A stretch of 64,000 nt of DNA from an uncultured Acidobacteriota bacterium. Lineage in GTDB: Bacteria > Acidobacteriota > Thermoanaerobaculia > Multivoradales > SZUA-115. Within the stretch, counting starts at the first letter, position 1. Each line of letters starts with the position of its first letter. The translations under genes and the position numbers were made by a program. The notes below the pieces were generated by a model, which was not told the DNA's origin, did no database searches, and saw only the letters and a list, made by a program, of their open reading frames with translations. The stretch is taken from the NCBI GenBank assembly GCA_963805975.1, contig CAWDVR010000002.1, forward strand, positions 928,001 to 992,000. The letters run 5' to 3'. Below are positions 1 to 10,788 of this stretch, one piece after another.

Positions 1-18
1 ACCCATAGGGAGAACTCC

Positions 19-1452
19 ATGCAGCGTCCTGATCATCGCCTCATTCCAATCCCGGCGACCCTCGTGCTCGCGGTGACTCTTTTGATGGCCGGCTCCGTAC
101 GCGCGGCCGACGTGCCCGCCAAGCCGGCTCCGCCGCCTGCTTCGGCGCCTGTCGCCGCTCCCGTCCCCACCTCCCAGAACTGGCCGATGTTTCGCGGGCC
201 GGCGGCTTCGGGGGTGCTCGAGGGGCAGAAGCTGCCGGACACCTGGGCCGCCGAGCCGGCAGCGAACGTGCTGTGGAAAGTGGCCATCCCCGGCCTCGCG
301 CACTCGAGCCCGGTGGTGTGGGGGGACCGTTTGTTCGTCACCACCGCGGTCTCGGCGCGGGACGACGGCGAGTTCCGCTACGGCCTCTACGGCGACGGCA
401 CCACTGCCGCCGACCGGGTGGTGCCCCACCAGTTCAAGCTCTACTGCCTGGACAAGAAGAGCGGCAAGATCCTGTGGGAGCGCATCGCCTTCGAGGGCAA
501 GCCGCGCTCCGGCCGGCACATCAAGTCCACCTACGCCAACGCCAGCCCGGCGACGGACGGCAGCCTGGTGCTGGCGTTCTTCGGCTCCGAGGGCCTCTAC
601 GCCTACGATCTCGACGGCAACCTGAAGTGGAAGAAAGACCTCGGGATGATCACCACCAGCGCCTACAACGAGCCCGACTACGAGTGGGGTGCGGCCAGCT
701 CGCCGATCTTCTGGAAGGACCTGGTGATCGTCCAGGCGGACACCACGACCGAGGACTTCCTGATCGCCCTGAAGGCCGCGACCGGCGAGACGGCCTGGCG
801 CACCGAGCGCGACGAGTGGCCCTCCTGGGCGACGCCCAACGTCTACGAGGGGCCGACCGGGGCCGAGCTGGTCACCAATGCGCCGAAGATGATCCGCGGC
901 TACGACCCGGCGACCGGCAAGGAGCTGTGGAAGCTCGGTCCCAGCTCGGACATCACCTCGCCGACCCCGGTGTTCACCGCCGACCGCATCCTGGTGACGA
1001 GCGGCCGGCGCCCGGTCAAGCCGCTCTTCGTGCTCAAGCCCGGCGCGCGCGGCGACATCACGCTCAAGGAAGGGCAGCAGAAGAGCGACTTCGTGGTCTG
1101 GCACAAGACTGGGGTGGGCCCCTACATGCCGACGCCAATCGTCTACCAGGGGCTGATCTACACCCTGCGCAACGACGGCATCTTCGCCTGCTACGACCTC
1201 GAGACCGGTGAAGTGGTCTACGAGCAGCGCCTAGCTCACCGCGGCAGCGGCTTCTCGGCCTCGCCGGTGGCGGCCGACGGCAAGCTCTACGTGGCGGGCG
1301 AGGACGGCGACGTTTTCCTCATTCGCGCCGGCCGCACCTTCGAGCAGCTCGCCATGAACCCCATGGGCGAAGTGGTGATGGCGACCCCGGCCCTCTCCGA
1401 CGGCCGCCTGTACGTGCGCGGCCTGAAGCACCTGTTTGCGGTGGGCAGGTAG
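19..1452 (+). CDS. Secreted PQQ-like (BamB-family) beta-propeller protein
   Basis: Signal peptide, NWPMFRGP motif, repeated SSP/W-docking motifs (HSSPVVWGD, SASPVAADG, ATPALSDG); GGGAG SD before ATG. Confidence 0.85.
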   Translation: MQRPDHRLIPIPATLVLAVTLLMAGSVRAADVPAKPAPPPASAPVAAPVPTSQNWPMFRGPAASGVLEGQKLPDTWAAEPAANVLWKVAIPGLAHSSPVVWGDRLFVTTAVSARDDGEFRYGLYGDGTTAADRVVPHQFKLYCLDKKSGKILWERIAFEGKPRSGRHIKSTYANASPATDGSLVLAFFGSEGLYAYDLDGNLKWKKDLGMITTSAYNEPDYEWGAASSPIFWKDLVIVQADTTTEDFLIALKAATGETAWRTERDEWPSWATPNVYEGPTGAELVTNAPKMIRGYDPATGKELWKLGPSSDITSPTPVFTADRILVTSGRRPVKPLFVLKPGARGDITLKEGQQKSDFVVWHKTGVGPYMPTPIVYQGLIYTLRNDGIFACYDLETGEVVYEQRLAHRGSGFSASPVAADGKLYVAGEDGDVFLIRAGRTFEQLAMNPMGEVVMATPALSDGRLYVRGLKHLFAVGR

Positions 1453-1514
1453 CCCTCCCGAAGTGGGTGGCGCCTGCTAGTAGCAAGCACCGCAGGGCCT
1501 CCTTCTGTCTGCAT

Positions 1515-1546
1515 TTGACAGTTTAAAATTATCGTGCCATTAATAT
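1515..1546 (+). promoter_or_regulatory. Putative sigma70 promoter in AT-rich intergenic patch
   Basis: Perfect TTGACA at 1515-1520 followed by AT-rich CATTAATAT; the -10 match is imperfect. Confidence 0.4.
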
Positions 1547-1667
1547 TGACGGCTCGATGTGTCGTCTGACTGCGGCCACGGAATGTCCGTGCGCCCGCAG
1601 AACATCCAACCTGGACGAGCCTCTGGCTCGGTGATCCGAGCCACAAAGAAACAGGAGAGAACTCGCG

Positions 1668-2027
1668 ATGAGAAGCCTGCTCCGTGCCGTCATCCTCCTG
1701 CTGCCTCTGGTGGCCCTGCTGAGCGCCTCGGCCCATGCGGTCTGCAATGGCACGCCGACCGCGAACACGGATGTCTACAACATCGCCAAGAACACGACGG
1801 TCAACATCTACCACAACGACCTCAAGGCCAACGACACGGACCCGGAGAGCGACGCGCTCAGCGCCTATATCTCCGGCTATCCGACGGCCGGCGGCTGGTG
1901 CGGCATTGGCCCGGATGGCGTCTGTTACCAGCCGCCGACGGGTTTCACGGGACTGGTGTCCATTCCCTACGCGGTGACTGACAACTGCACCTCAGACGGG
2001 GGCACTGTCCTCGTCTTCGTGCAGTAG
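1668..2027 (+). CDS. Small secreted protein with a single Ig-like (Big_9/cadherin-like) domain
   Basis: AGGAG SD, signal peptide ending AHA, motif PTANTD...LKANDTDPESDAL...YQPPTGFTG...YAVTD typical of bacterial Ig-like repeats. Confidence 0.7.
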   Translation: MRSLLRAVILLLPLVALLSASAHAVCNGTPTANTDVYNIAKNTTVNIYHNDLKANDTDPESDALSAYISGYPTAGGWCGIGPDGVCYQPPTGFTGLVSIPYAVTDNCTSDGGTVLVFVQ

Positions 2028-2036
2028 CCACTTGCC

Positions 2037-2070
2037 GGGCAGGCCCCTCGAGGAGCCCCGGGGCCTGCCC
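2037..2070. terminator. Hairpin between convergent genes (probable terminator)
   Basis: GGGCAGGCCCC ... GGGGCCTGCCC 11-bp stem between two convergent stops. Confidence 0.55.
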
Positions 2071-2071
2071 T

Positions 2072-4863
2072 TCACCACTTCAACCGCACCACCACCGGGT
2101 CATGGTCGCTGGCGCGGCCGGCGTCGGCGAATTCGGCGCTGACGTGGACCACGTCGATCTCGGGAGAGCCCTTCTTCGCCAGCGCTGAGCTCACCAGCAC
2201 GTGATCGAGGACCTGGGAGCTGCCCTCGAAGACGTAGGTGTAGCGGTCGTCCTCCGACAGGCGGTGCATCAGGTCCACCAGGCCGGCTCCTTCCAGGGCT
2301 GCGAGCGGCAGCGTCCCCTCGTGCTCGTTCAGGTCGCCGAGGACGATGACGCGGGCCTTGGGGTCCGCGTCCAGGATCTCGCCCACGAAGGCCCGCACCC
2401 GGCGCGCCTGGCAGAGGCGCTGCGGCTCGCTCCCCCGCTGCGGCGGCTGGCGGGCACCGAACGGGCGGTCGTCGCGACTCCTCGAGGTCCAGTGGTTGTT
2501 GAGCAGGAACAGCGTCTTGCCGCCGAAGACCACCTCGGCGGCGAGCGGCAGCCGGCTGCCTTCGTAGCCGCTCGTCGAAGAACCGGTGAAGCAGGGGTCG
2601 CCGGCACCGATGCGGGTCGGAGGCTTGGCCAGACGCACGCGCTCCGGGTGGAAGAGGTAGGCGACCCGGATGTTGCCGCCGGGCTGGCCGCCTCCGCCGT
2701 TGTTCACCGGGTCGATCTGTTGGAAATCGTAGCGTGGCCCGCCGGCCGCCACCACGGCTGCGACGAGCGCCTCGAGGCCGCCCTGCGCGCTCACCACGTC
2801 GTCGTCCGACGGGCCGGAGTCGTCCTGCACTTCCTGCAGGGCGACGATGTCGGGGGCAGCCAGATCGCGGGCGATGATCTCCGCCAGCCGCGCCCGCTTC
2901 TCGGGCGACGAGGCGAGCGAGTAGTTCTCCAGGTTGAAGGTCGCCACGGTGAGCTTCCGCCGGCCGGACCGGAGCCTCGTGGTCTCGGCCGCGAGGCCTC
3001 CCGCTACGCGCCGCGGCGGCTCGGTCGCCACCAGCCGAAAGCCGCCGAACCGGTAGTCGAGCACGCCCTCGATCGGCCCGGCGAAGCGATCGCCCACGCT
3101 CGTCTGGGGTGGCGTCGCGAGCAGGCTCGCGTCCACGAGGATGCGCTCCGGGTTGGCATCTCCTTCGTTCCGCAGCAGGCCACCGCGCGCGGTGCGGCGC
3201 CCGGAGCCGGCGCCGCCGTCCGGCAGCACGGTGAAGGTGCCGTGGCTGTCGGAAGGGCCTACGGTCGCCGGCTCGCGCACCTCGACGCGCATGCTCTCCA
3301 GGCTCTCGTAGAAGTCGAGGGCATCGCTGTCGGGCTCGTAGCGGGTCAGGCCGTCGTCGTCGATGACCCTCGGCACCGGCCGGCCTGGCCGCCCGAGCAC
3401 GACTGCCGGCGGCAGCCCTGAAGCGGTGGCCGGGCTCGAGGAACGCAAGCGCAGGCGCGTCACCGTCAGCTCGCCGGTGCGGCCCGCCTCCTCCACCCGG
3501 CCGCTCACCACCAACGAGGCGCCCGGCCGGGGCAGGCCCGGCCCGCTGCCGCTCGCGGCGGCAGGGTCCACCACGAAGAGCCCGTCCGAGGTCGCCGGAT
3601 CGCCGTCGCCGCTCGAGTCCTGGAGCCAGAAGCCGCCGGCCCTGGAGCCCGCGGCGCTCACCACGCCGGGCAGCCCCCAGACCCAGCTCCCCTCGTACGG
3701 CGAGCGATGGCTGTGGCCCTGGAGGGCGGGGATCGTCATCCGCTCGTCGCTCGCCGCGAAGGCGAAGAACTGCGTGATCTCGTCCGCGTTGAAGTTGTTG
3801 TCGGAGACGAAGAGCAACGTCCGGCGTCCGTCCGCCAGCATCGGGCCCCAGCTCATGCCCTCGACGTTGTCGAGCGTCAGCCCCAGCTCGGCGAAGTCGA
3901 GCAGCAGAGTCTTCCCGGCGGCGGCGACCCGCTCCGTGGCGCCGGCCAGCCGGCCGCGACCCGAAATGTCTTCGGCGCCGGCGAGCGAGACGAGGTAGAG
4001 CCGCACGCTGAAGCCCACGCCTTCTACCCAGGCGCGCTCCACCGCGAGAAGGCGAACGGAGTCGAGCGCCAGGAGCTCTACCAGGCCACCGACCTTGGTT
4101 CCCGTCGGCGGTCGGGGCACCGCGTCAGCCGGTCCACCCAGTAGAGGTGCTCGGCCTGGGCACGGCCGCTGGCCGCGTCGAAGACCAGGATGCGCGCCGG
4201 GCTGCGCTCGTCGAGCGTGGCCGCCGGCCCGTCCTGCGCCAGCGCGCCCTCGGCGGCGGTGATCACCCGGGCGCCGTCCGGCGTCACGGTGAGGGCCTCG
4301 AACCCCTGGTTCGAGCGCACGCCGGTCCGCCCGTCCGCGCCGGGCAGGAAGTGCCCCGGCAGCGGCAGGTCGCGGTGAGACCAGCCGTCGAGCCGCAGCT
4401 CGCGGACGAAGGGCGGTGCGTCGGGGTTCGGCTCGCCGGACCTCCGCCCGCCTTCCGAGGAGAGAAAGAGCGTGCCGGCGGGCGAGAGCACGAAACCTTC
4501 CGGATCGAGCGAGCGCGGCGGGAAGGCCTTGCCACGCGCGTCACGCAGCGTGGTCACCGCCTCGACGCGCACGTCGTCCTCGCTCAAGCGCCCGTCCTCG
4601 ACCTCGATCGAGAGCGTGTAGAAGCGCGCCGGCGCTCGCTCGCCGCCGTCGTCGGAGAGGGCGTAGAAGACCCCGCGCGCGCGGTCGAAGGTCAGGCTCG
4701 AGAGCCCGCCCACCTCGGCGCCCTCGTAGCGCATGCCGGTGGGCAGCCGCGCCTCGCCCAGGAAGTCGAGTCGGGTGAAGGGAGGGGATTCCCCCGCCGC
4801 CGGCCCCGCCAGCCAACCGGCCAGGAGGAGCAGCCGCGAGAGGCGATGCACGAGAGCGCGCAT
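2072..4863 (-). CDS. Secreted esterase-like phytase domain + OB-fold + endonuclease/exonuclease/phosphatase domain; one frameshift near 4120
   Basis: ORF 4078-4863 has the phytase-like N-part (GGLSSL, LSDD, DPEG, NQGFEAL). ORF 2072-4120 continues it (DNVEGM, VSDNNF) and then has FWLQD..GDPATSDG, ATFNLEN, LQEVQD, GDLN, LDH and SDHDP EEP motifs. Confidence 0.8.
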
Positions 4864-4874
4864 GGATCGCCCTG

Positions 4875-6326
4875 CTATCCCGGCTGCGACGCGCCGGCCA
4901 CCACCACCCGGTTTCGGCCCCGGCGCTTGGCCTCGTAGCAGGCGTCATCGGCACGGCCCACGAGCTCCGCGGGGCTCGAGGGATAGCAGGCGGTGGCCGC
5001 CGCACCGATCGATGCCGTGGTGGTGAGGGCAACGCCGCCGGCGAGGGTCGCGAGGGGCTCGCGCTCGAGCGCCGCGCGCACCCGTTCCGCCACCTCCCCC
5101 ACTTCCCCCGCCCGGGTGTGCGGGGTCAGCACCACGAACTCTTCGCCGCCCCAGCGAAAGAGGAGGTCGGTCGCCCTGAGAGTGCCCTCGATGCGCCGCG
5201 CCACCCGCTCGAGCACCAGGTCGCCGGCGTCGTGGCCGTGCCGGTCGTTGAGCGCCTTGAAGCCGTCGAGGTCGACGAACAGGGCGCCGATCCCCAGGCC
5301 CAGGCGCCGGCTGCGCTCGGCCTCGCGCTCGAAGGCCGGCGCGAAGGCGCGGCGGTTGTAGCAGCCGGTCAGGCTGTCCTGCATGGCCTCTCGCCGCTGG
5401 CGCTCGCCCATGCGGGCGAGGGCGGTCGAGAACATGCCGGTGGCCACGATCAGCGCCGTCGACAGCAGGCCCATCGCCAGGATGATCTCGCGCAGCCGCG
5501 GCAGCAGCAGCTCGCCCGAGGAGGTGCGCGCATCGATCGAGCCCTCGATCGATCCCAGCGCCTGGTGGACTCCCAGGAACACCACCAGGCCGAGGACGGC
5601 AAAGCCGGCCACGGCCAAGCCCACGCCATGGACGTAGCTGAGCTCGTGCCGGGGTGGAGCCACGAACTGGCGGTCGACCCAGCCGCGGACCTTGGGGCCT
5701 GCCCAGCGCAGCACCGGGACCACCACCAGCGCGAGCGGTACGAAGTCGCCCACCACCCAACCGCGCCAGATCCGCTGGCCGGCCACCGGATCGAGCCCGT
5801 GGCTGGTGTTCCACAGGATCGCCGCCAGCGACCCGGTGACCGCCGCCACCAGCCCTGCTCCCAGGAACCAGGCCACGTCACGCCGGTGTGGGAGATCGGG
5901 GTCGACCCGCAGGGCGACGAGCGCGCCCCACAGCATGAGGGTCTCGATCACCCCGGCGACCGCGAAGAGAGCGGCGAGCTCGAGCGGCAGGCCGCTCGCC
6001 AGCGCGCTCGCCACGTTGGCGAAGTAGATCGGCACCGCACCCCAGGTCGGTCCCAGCCACAGGGCGACGAGCACCGAGAGCAGGAAGGGCGGGTAGACGG
6101 TGAGGTGGAAGGAGATGCCGCCGAGCTCCACCGCGAGGCCGTTCCAACCCCAGACCACGTTGAGGACGCCGGTCGCGATCGAGACCAGGATGAGGGCCAC
6201 CCAGGCATAGGCCACCCGGCGCACGCGCGGGCTCTGCTCGACCGCCCGGAGCTCGCCGAGCGGCCACCAACCGGGCCCGCGCTCCACCAACGGCCCGGTC
6301 CCCGCCGCGGGGCTGTTCCAGATCAT
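4875..6326 (-). CDS. Membrane-bound diguanylate cyclase (MASE1-like TM region + GGDEF)
   Basis: Multiple TM helices; DSLTG, DLDGFKALND..GH, RxxD I-site (RATD) and GGEEF. Confidence 0.9.
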   Translation of the reverse strand: MIWNSPAAGTGPLVERGPGWWPLGELRAVEQSPRVRRVAYAWVALILVSIATGVLNVVWGWNGLAVELGGISFHLTVYPPFLLSVLVALWLGPTWGAVPIYFANVASALASGLPLELAALFAVAGVIETLMLWGALVALRVDPDLPHRRDVAWFLGAGLVAAVTGSLAAILWNTSHGLDPVAGQRIWRGWVVGDFVPLALVVVPVLRWAGPKVRGWVDRQFVAPPRHELSYVHGVGLAVAGFAVLGLVVFLGVHQALGSIEGSIDARTSSGELLLPRLREIILAMGLLSTALIVATGMFSTALARMGERQRREAMQDSLTGCYNRRAFAPAFEREAERSRRLGLGIGALFVDLDGFKALNDRHGHDAGDLVLERVARRIEGTLRATDLLFRWGGEEFVVLTPHTRAGEVGEVAERVRAALEREPLATLAGGVALTTTASIGAAATACYPSSPAELVGRADDACYEAKRRGRNRVVVAGASQPG

Positions 6327-6336
6327 GAGCCGCTAT

Positions 6337-7458
6337 TTAACCATAGGGCTTCGCTCGTTCCGTCGACGACTGAGGAGCGCGTTTGGTGCGGGAATTTTCA
6401 GCAAATTCTCTTGCGAGGAGATAGCCGCGGATCGCTTCGGCGGCGCAGGCGTGCCCGCTGGCGGTGGGATGGAAGCGGTCGCGCGCGAGACGGCTCTCGC
6501 CCGTGCGACGGCAGGCCTGGAAGGCGGATACCAGATCGAGGTGGAAGAAGCCGTTGCGCCGCGCCGCGGCGGCCGGAAGCCTGTGCTGATCAGCAAAACG
6601 GTAGTCCTCGAGGAGAGCCCCGAAACGCGGAAAGACCACCACCAGCACCTGGAAGCCGTGCTCACCGGCCAGCCGGCCCAGGTCGTCGAAGGCGCCGGCC
6701 ACGGCAGCCTCGTCCGGCTGCGGCAGGTGCTCCGGCCCGACCCGCCAGAACCACAGCAGGCGATAGAGGGCGCTCGCGGCAAGCCGAGGATTGACCCGGC
6801 CCTGGGCCATGTTTCGCGTGCCAGGCGCCCTGGCCCGAAGACCGGCCAGAATGCCGCCGTCGTCCTGGCGGGTGTCGTTCAGGCAATAGGCCAAGAGCAC
6901 CAGATCGGGCGTGAAACGCAGGCCACGGTCGGCGAGGAGAGCCACCTCCTGCCGGGTGTCGTAGCCGGTGACCGCGAAGTTGATCACTTCCGCGGTCATG
7001 CCCGCCTCCGTCAGGCCGGCCTCGAGCCGGGCGGGGAAGACATCTGCCGGCTCGCGTACGGCCTGCCCCGCTGCAATGCTGTCGCCGAGCACCAGGATGC
7101 GGAAGACGCCCGGCGGCTTCTCCACGGCGCGCTCGCGGTCGCGAAAGCCGAGGCTGTTGCTGCGGCCCACGTAGTCGTGGAAAGAGTCGAGCTCACCCTG
7201 GTGGTCGTAGTGAGGAACCGGCTCGTAGCCGAGCCTGGGGTTGGGCGAGAGCCGGAACCGGCCCTCCTGGACCAGCACGATCTCGGGAGCGATGCCGGTG
7301 AGACGCACCAGGAGCTCGGCGACCGCAAGGCCGCCGGCGAGGCCCAGCCCGGCCAGGGCCAACCGGCCGAGAAGGGGCGCGCGAGGCCTGTGAGGCACGG
7401 TTCCGGTCGAGACCTTCATCGGGGGGAGAGCGGCAATATAGCCCACCTCGGCAGCCAT
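6337..7458 (-). CDS. SGNH/GDSL hydrolase, membrane-anchored (true start possibly 7419 or 7398)
   Basis: N-terminal TM, NSLGFRD, LGDS catalytic Ser, CLND, DRFHP. Confidence 0.8.
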   Translation of the reverse strand: MAAEVGYIAALPPMKVSTGTVPHRPRAPLLGRLALAGLGLAGGLAVAELLVRLTGIAPEIVLVQEGRFRLSPNPRLGYEPVPHYDHQGELDSFHDYVGRSNSLGFRDRERAVEKPPGVFRILVLGDSIAAGQAVREPADVFPARLEAGLTEAGMTAEVINFAVTGYDTRQEVALLADRGLRFTPDLVLLAYCLNDTRQDDGGILAGLRARAPGTRNMAQGRVNPRLAASALYRLLWFWRVGPEHLPQPDEAAVAGAFDDLGRLAGEHGFQVLVVVFPRFGALLEDYRFADQHRLPAAAARRNGFFHLDLVSAFQACRRTGESRLARDRFHPTASGHACAAEAIRGYLLAREFAENSRTKRAPQSSTERAKPYG

Positions 7459-7569
7459 CCCCCGGCAGCGAAACCTCTGGTAATCTCCCCATCTAGTCAG
7501 AGTTGCTACTACAACAGCCGGTGCTCGGTGCTGTCACCCCGGTGCCGGAGTCGTATCGAGGGAGCCGCG

Positions 7570-10500
7570 ATGAGGAAGACGCGACAGAGACCGAAGAGGA
7601 GCCTGGTGCCCGCCGGTCCGGGCCGCGTGCTCGTGCTGACGGGTGCCCTGGCCCTCGCCGCCGGGGCCCTGGTCGCCGGGGCCATGGGTGCCGGGGCCGG
7701 AGACGCCGAGAGGCAGGGAACCACGCCGCCCCAGGGCATCCGCGACCACACGGCGACCTACGTCGCCTTCACCCACGCCACGGTGGCCGTCTCTCCCGAC
7801 AAGGTCATCGAGAACGCCACCCTGGTGGTGCGCGGCGGGCGGGTGGAAGCCGTGGGAGCGGGCCTCGCCGTGCCGCCCGGCGCGATCGAGACCGACCTCG
7901 AAGGCAAGCGGGTCTATCCCGGCTTCGTCGACCTGGTCTCCGAGTACGGCGTCGCCAAGCCGAAGGACGAGGACGCGCCGGGCCGCCGCCAGGGCCCCGG
8001 ACGGCGCCAGCGCACGCCCCAGTACGAGGGCCAGCGCGTGGGCGCCAACGCCTGGAACGACGCCATCCACGCCGAAACGGACTGGGTGGAGGCCTTCAAG
8101 CCCGACCGCAAGGCCGCCGAGGCCCTGCTCGACCGCGGCTTCACCACCGTGCAGGCGGCGCGTATGGACGGCATCTTCCGCGGCCGCGGCTTCGTGACCT
8201 CGCTCGGCGAGGGCACCCCCAACGAGGTGCTGATCGAGCCCTACGGCGCCCACTTCGCGTCCTTCGATCCCGGCAGCTCGCAACAGGAGTACCCGGGCTC
8301 GCTGATGGGCTCGATCGCGCTGGTCCGCCAGACGATCCTCGACGCGCAGTGGTACGGCAAGGCCGCGAGCGCTCTGCGGGCCAATCCCGACCAGCCGGCG
8401 CCGGAGCTCGACCGCGCGCTGGCGGCCCTCGCCGCCAACCAGAGGCCGGTGATCTTCGACACCGCCGAGGAGCTGTCGCTGCTGCGGGCCGCGCGCATCG
8501 CCAAGGAGATGGGCGTTCCCTTCCTCTACCTGGGAAGCAACTTCGAGCACCAGCGTGCCGCCGAGGTGGCGGCCCTCGGAGCACCCCTCGTCCTGCCGCT
8601 CAGCTTTCCCAAGGCGCCGCCGGTGCAGAGCTACGAGGACGGCCTCGACGTCAGCCTGGCCGACCTGCGGCACTGGGAGCGCGCGCCCTCGACCGCGGCG
8701 CTCCTCGACGCCAAGGGCGTGCGCTTCGCCTTTACCAGTTTCAAACTGCGCGACGGCGAGGACTTCTGGGACAACCTGAGGAAAGCGGTACGCCGCGGGC
8801 TGCCGAAGGAGAAGGCCCTGGCGGCGCTGACCACCGTGCCCGCCGATCTCGCCGGCCTCGGACGCGAGGTCGGAAGCCTCGAGCCCGGCCGGCGGGCCGA
8901 CTTCTTCGTCGCCGATCGCGACCCGTTCAGCGAACGGGCGAAGCTGCTGGCGGTGTACGTCGGCGGCCGGGTGGCCAAGGAGATGACGCCGGTCGACGCC
9001 GTCGATTTCCGCGGCGGCTGGCGCTTCCCGCTCGACGGCAAGGACTACGAGCTGTCGCTCACCGGCGAGAGCGAGCGCCTGCGGGGCAAGGTGTTCGCCG
9101 GCGAACAGACCACCGACGTCGAGAACCTGCACGTCTCGCCGCAGATCGCTTCCTTCTCCGCCAACCTCGGTACGCCGGCCGCACCGGCGCAGGCGCGCTT
9201 CACCGTGCGCTCGATCGGTGGCGAGCTGGTCGGCCAGGCCAGCCTGGCCGATGGCCGCCGCGTGAGCTTCACGCCGGTGCGCCTCGAGGCGGCGCGGGCG
9301 GCGAGCGGGGGTGGCGGCGGGGATCGCTGGGAGCAGCGGTCGGAGGAGCGGCGCAAGAAGGAGGCGGAGGTGGACGCCAGGCCGCTCGTCTCCCGGCAGA
9401 CCGCGCCCAACGCCGCCTTCGGGTTCATCGAGCGGCCGACCCGCGAGAACGTGCTGATCAAGAACGCCACGGTGTGGACCAACGAGGCCGAGGGCGTGCT
9501 CGAGGGGGCGGACGTGCTGATCTCCGCCGGCAAGATCGCGGCCGTGGGCCGGGGGCTCACCGCGCCGGCCGGCACGCGGGTGATCGACGGCACCGGCAAG
9601 CACGTCAGCGCCGGCATCATCGACGAGCACTCGCACCTCGCCATCTCGCGCGGCGTCAACGAAGGCAGCCACGCGATCACCGCCGAGGTGCGGATCGGCG
9701 ACGTGGTGGACCCCGACGACGTGGGCGTCTACCGCGCGCTCGCCGGCGGCGTGACCGCGGCGCAGCTCCTCCACGGCTCGGCCAACCCGATCGGCGGGCA
9801 GGCTCAGGTGATCAAGATGCGCTGGGGGGCCTCGTCGGAGGACATGAAGCTCGAAGGCGCGCCGCCCACCATCAAGTTCGCGCTGGGCGAGAACGTCAAG
9901 CAGTCGAACTGGGGCACGGAGAACAACCGCTACCCGCAGACGCGGATGGGCGTCGAGTCGCTGATGAAGGACGCCTTCCTCGCCGCCCGCGAGTACGGCG
10001 AGCGGCACCGGCGCTACCAGGCCCTGCCAGCGGCGGAGCGCCAGAAGACCGTGCCGCCACGCCGCGACCTGACGCTCGAGACCCTACTCGACATCCTCGA
10101 GTCCAAGCGCTTCGTGCACTGCCACTCCTACGTGCAGAGCGAGATCCTGATGCTGATCCGCCTGGCCGAGGAGCTGGGCTTCAAGGTGCAGAACTTCACC
10201 CACATCCTCGAGGGCTACAAGGTGGCCCCCGAGATGGCGGCGCACGGCACCACGGCCTCGTCCTTCGCCGACTGGTGGGCCTACAAGTTCGAGGTCTACG
10301 ACGCCATCCCCTACAACACCTGCCTGATGGCCAAGGCCGGGGTCGTCACCTCGATCAACTCGGACTCCGAGGAATCGATCCGCCGGCTGAACCAGGAAGC
10401 GGCGAAGTCGGTGATGTACTGCGACATGGAGCCCGCCGAGGCGCTGAAGCTCGCGACGCTCAACCCCGCCATCCAGCTCAAGATCGACCACCGCACCGGC

Positions 10501-10788
10501 AGCCTCAAGGCGGGCAAGGACGCGGACTTCGTGATCTGGAACGACAACCCGCTGTCGATCTACGCCCGCGCGGTCGAGACCTGGGTGGACGGCGTGCTGA
10601 TGTTCACGCTCGAGCGCGACGCGGCGCTGCGCCAGGCGGACGCCGCCGAGCGCCAGGCCCTGATCGACAAGGTGCTGGCCTCGGGCGAGGAACAGGGGCG
10701 TTCCGAGTGGAGCATGCGGCGCAACGAGAAAGACTGGCACTGCGACGACGTGGAGGACGTGTGGCATGCGCGCTATGAAGATCGATAA
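7570..10788 (+). CDS. Secreted amidohydrolase-family protein with two amidohydrolase domains
   Basis: Start chosen at ATG 7570 (GGAG SD, signal peptide follows). First domain VYPGFVD...GSLEPGRRAD; second domain IIDEHSH, HCHSY, FTH, NSD, GSLKAGKDAD. Confidence 0.85.
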   Translation: MRKTRQRPKRSLVPAGPGRVLVLTGALALAAGALVAGAMGAGAGDAERQGTTPPQGIRDHTATYVAFTHATVAVSPDKVIENATLVVRGGRVEAVGAGLAVPPGAIETDLEGKRVYPGFVDLVSEYGVAKPKDEDAPGRRQGPGRRQRTPQYEGQRVGANAWNDAIHAETDWVEAFKPDRKAAEALLDRGFTTVQAARMDGIFRGRGFVTSLGEGTPNEVLIEPYGAHFASFDPGSSQQEYPGSLMGSIALVRQTILDAQWYGKAASALRANPDQPAPELDRALAALAANQRPVIFDTAEELSLLRAARIAKEMGVPFLYLGSNFEHQRAAEVAALGAPLVLPLSFPKAPPVQSYEDGLDVSLADLRHWERAPSTAALLDAKGVRFAFTSFKLRDGEDFWDNLRKAVRRGLPKEKALAALTTVPADLAGLGREVGSLEPGRRADFFVADRDPFSERAKLLAVYVGGRVAKEMTPVDAVDFRGGWRFPLDGKDYELSLTGESERLRGKVFAGEQTTDVENLHVSPQIASFSANLGTPAAPAQARFTVRSIGGELVGQASLADGRRVSFTPVRLEAARAASGGGGGDRWEQRSEERRKKEAEVDARPLVSRQTAPNAAFGFIERPTRENVLIKNATVWTNEAEGVLEGADVLISAGKIAAVGRGLTAPAGTRVIDGTGKHVSAGIIDEHSHLAISRGVNEGSHAITAEVRIGDVVDPDDVGVYRALAGGVTAAQLLHGSANPIGGQAQVIKMRWGASSEDMKLEGAPPTIKFALGENVKQSNWGTENNRYPQTRMGVESLMKDAFLAAREYGERHRRYQALPAAERQKTVPPRRDLTLETLLDILESKRFVHCHSYVQSEILMLIRLAEELGFKVQNFTHILEGYKVAPEMAAHGTTASSFADWWAYKFEVYDAIPYNTCLMAKAGVVTSINSDSEESIRRLNQEAAKSVMYCDMEPAEALKLATLNPAIQLKIDHRTGSLKAGKDADFVIWNDNPLSIYARAVETWVDGVLMFTLERDAALRQADAAERQALIDKVLASGEEQGRSEWSMRRNEKDWHCDDVEDVWHARYEDR

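Noticed and set aside
4100-4135. Programmed ribosomal frameshift in the phytase-nuclease gene (also considered near 41535)
   Set aside because: No slippery heptamer seen; single-base indels elsewhere point to sequencing error
6325-7569. 415-aa N-terminal extension of the amidohydrolase ORF
   Set aside because: It is the antisense shadow of the SGNH gene; SD and signal peptide place the start at 7570
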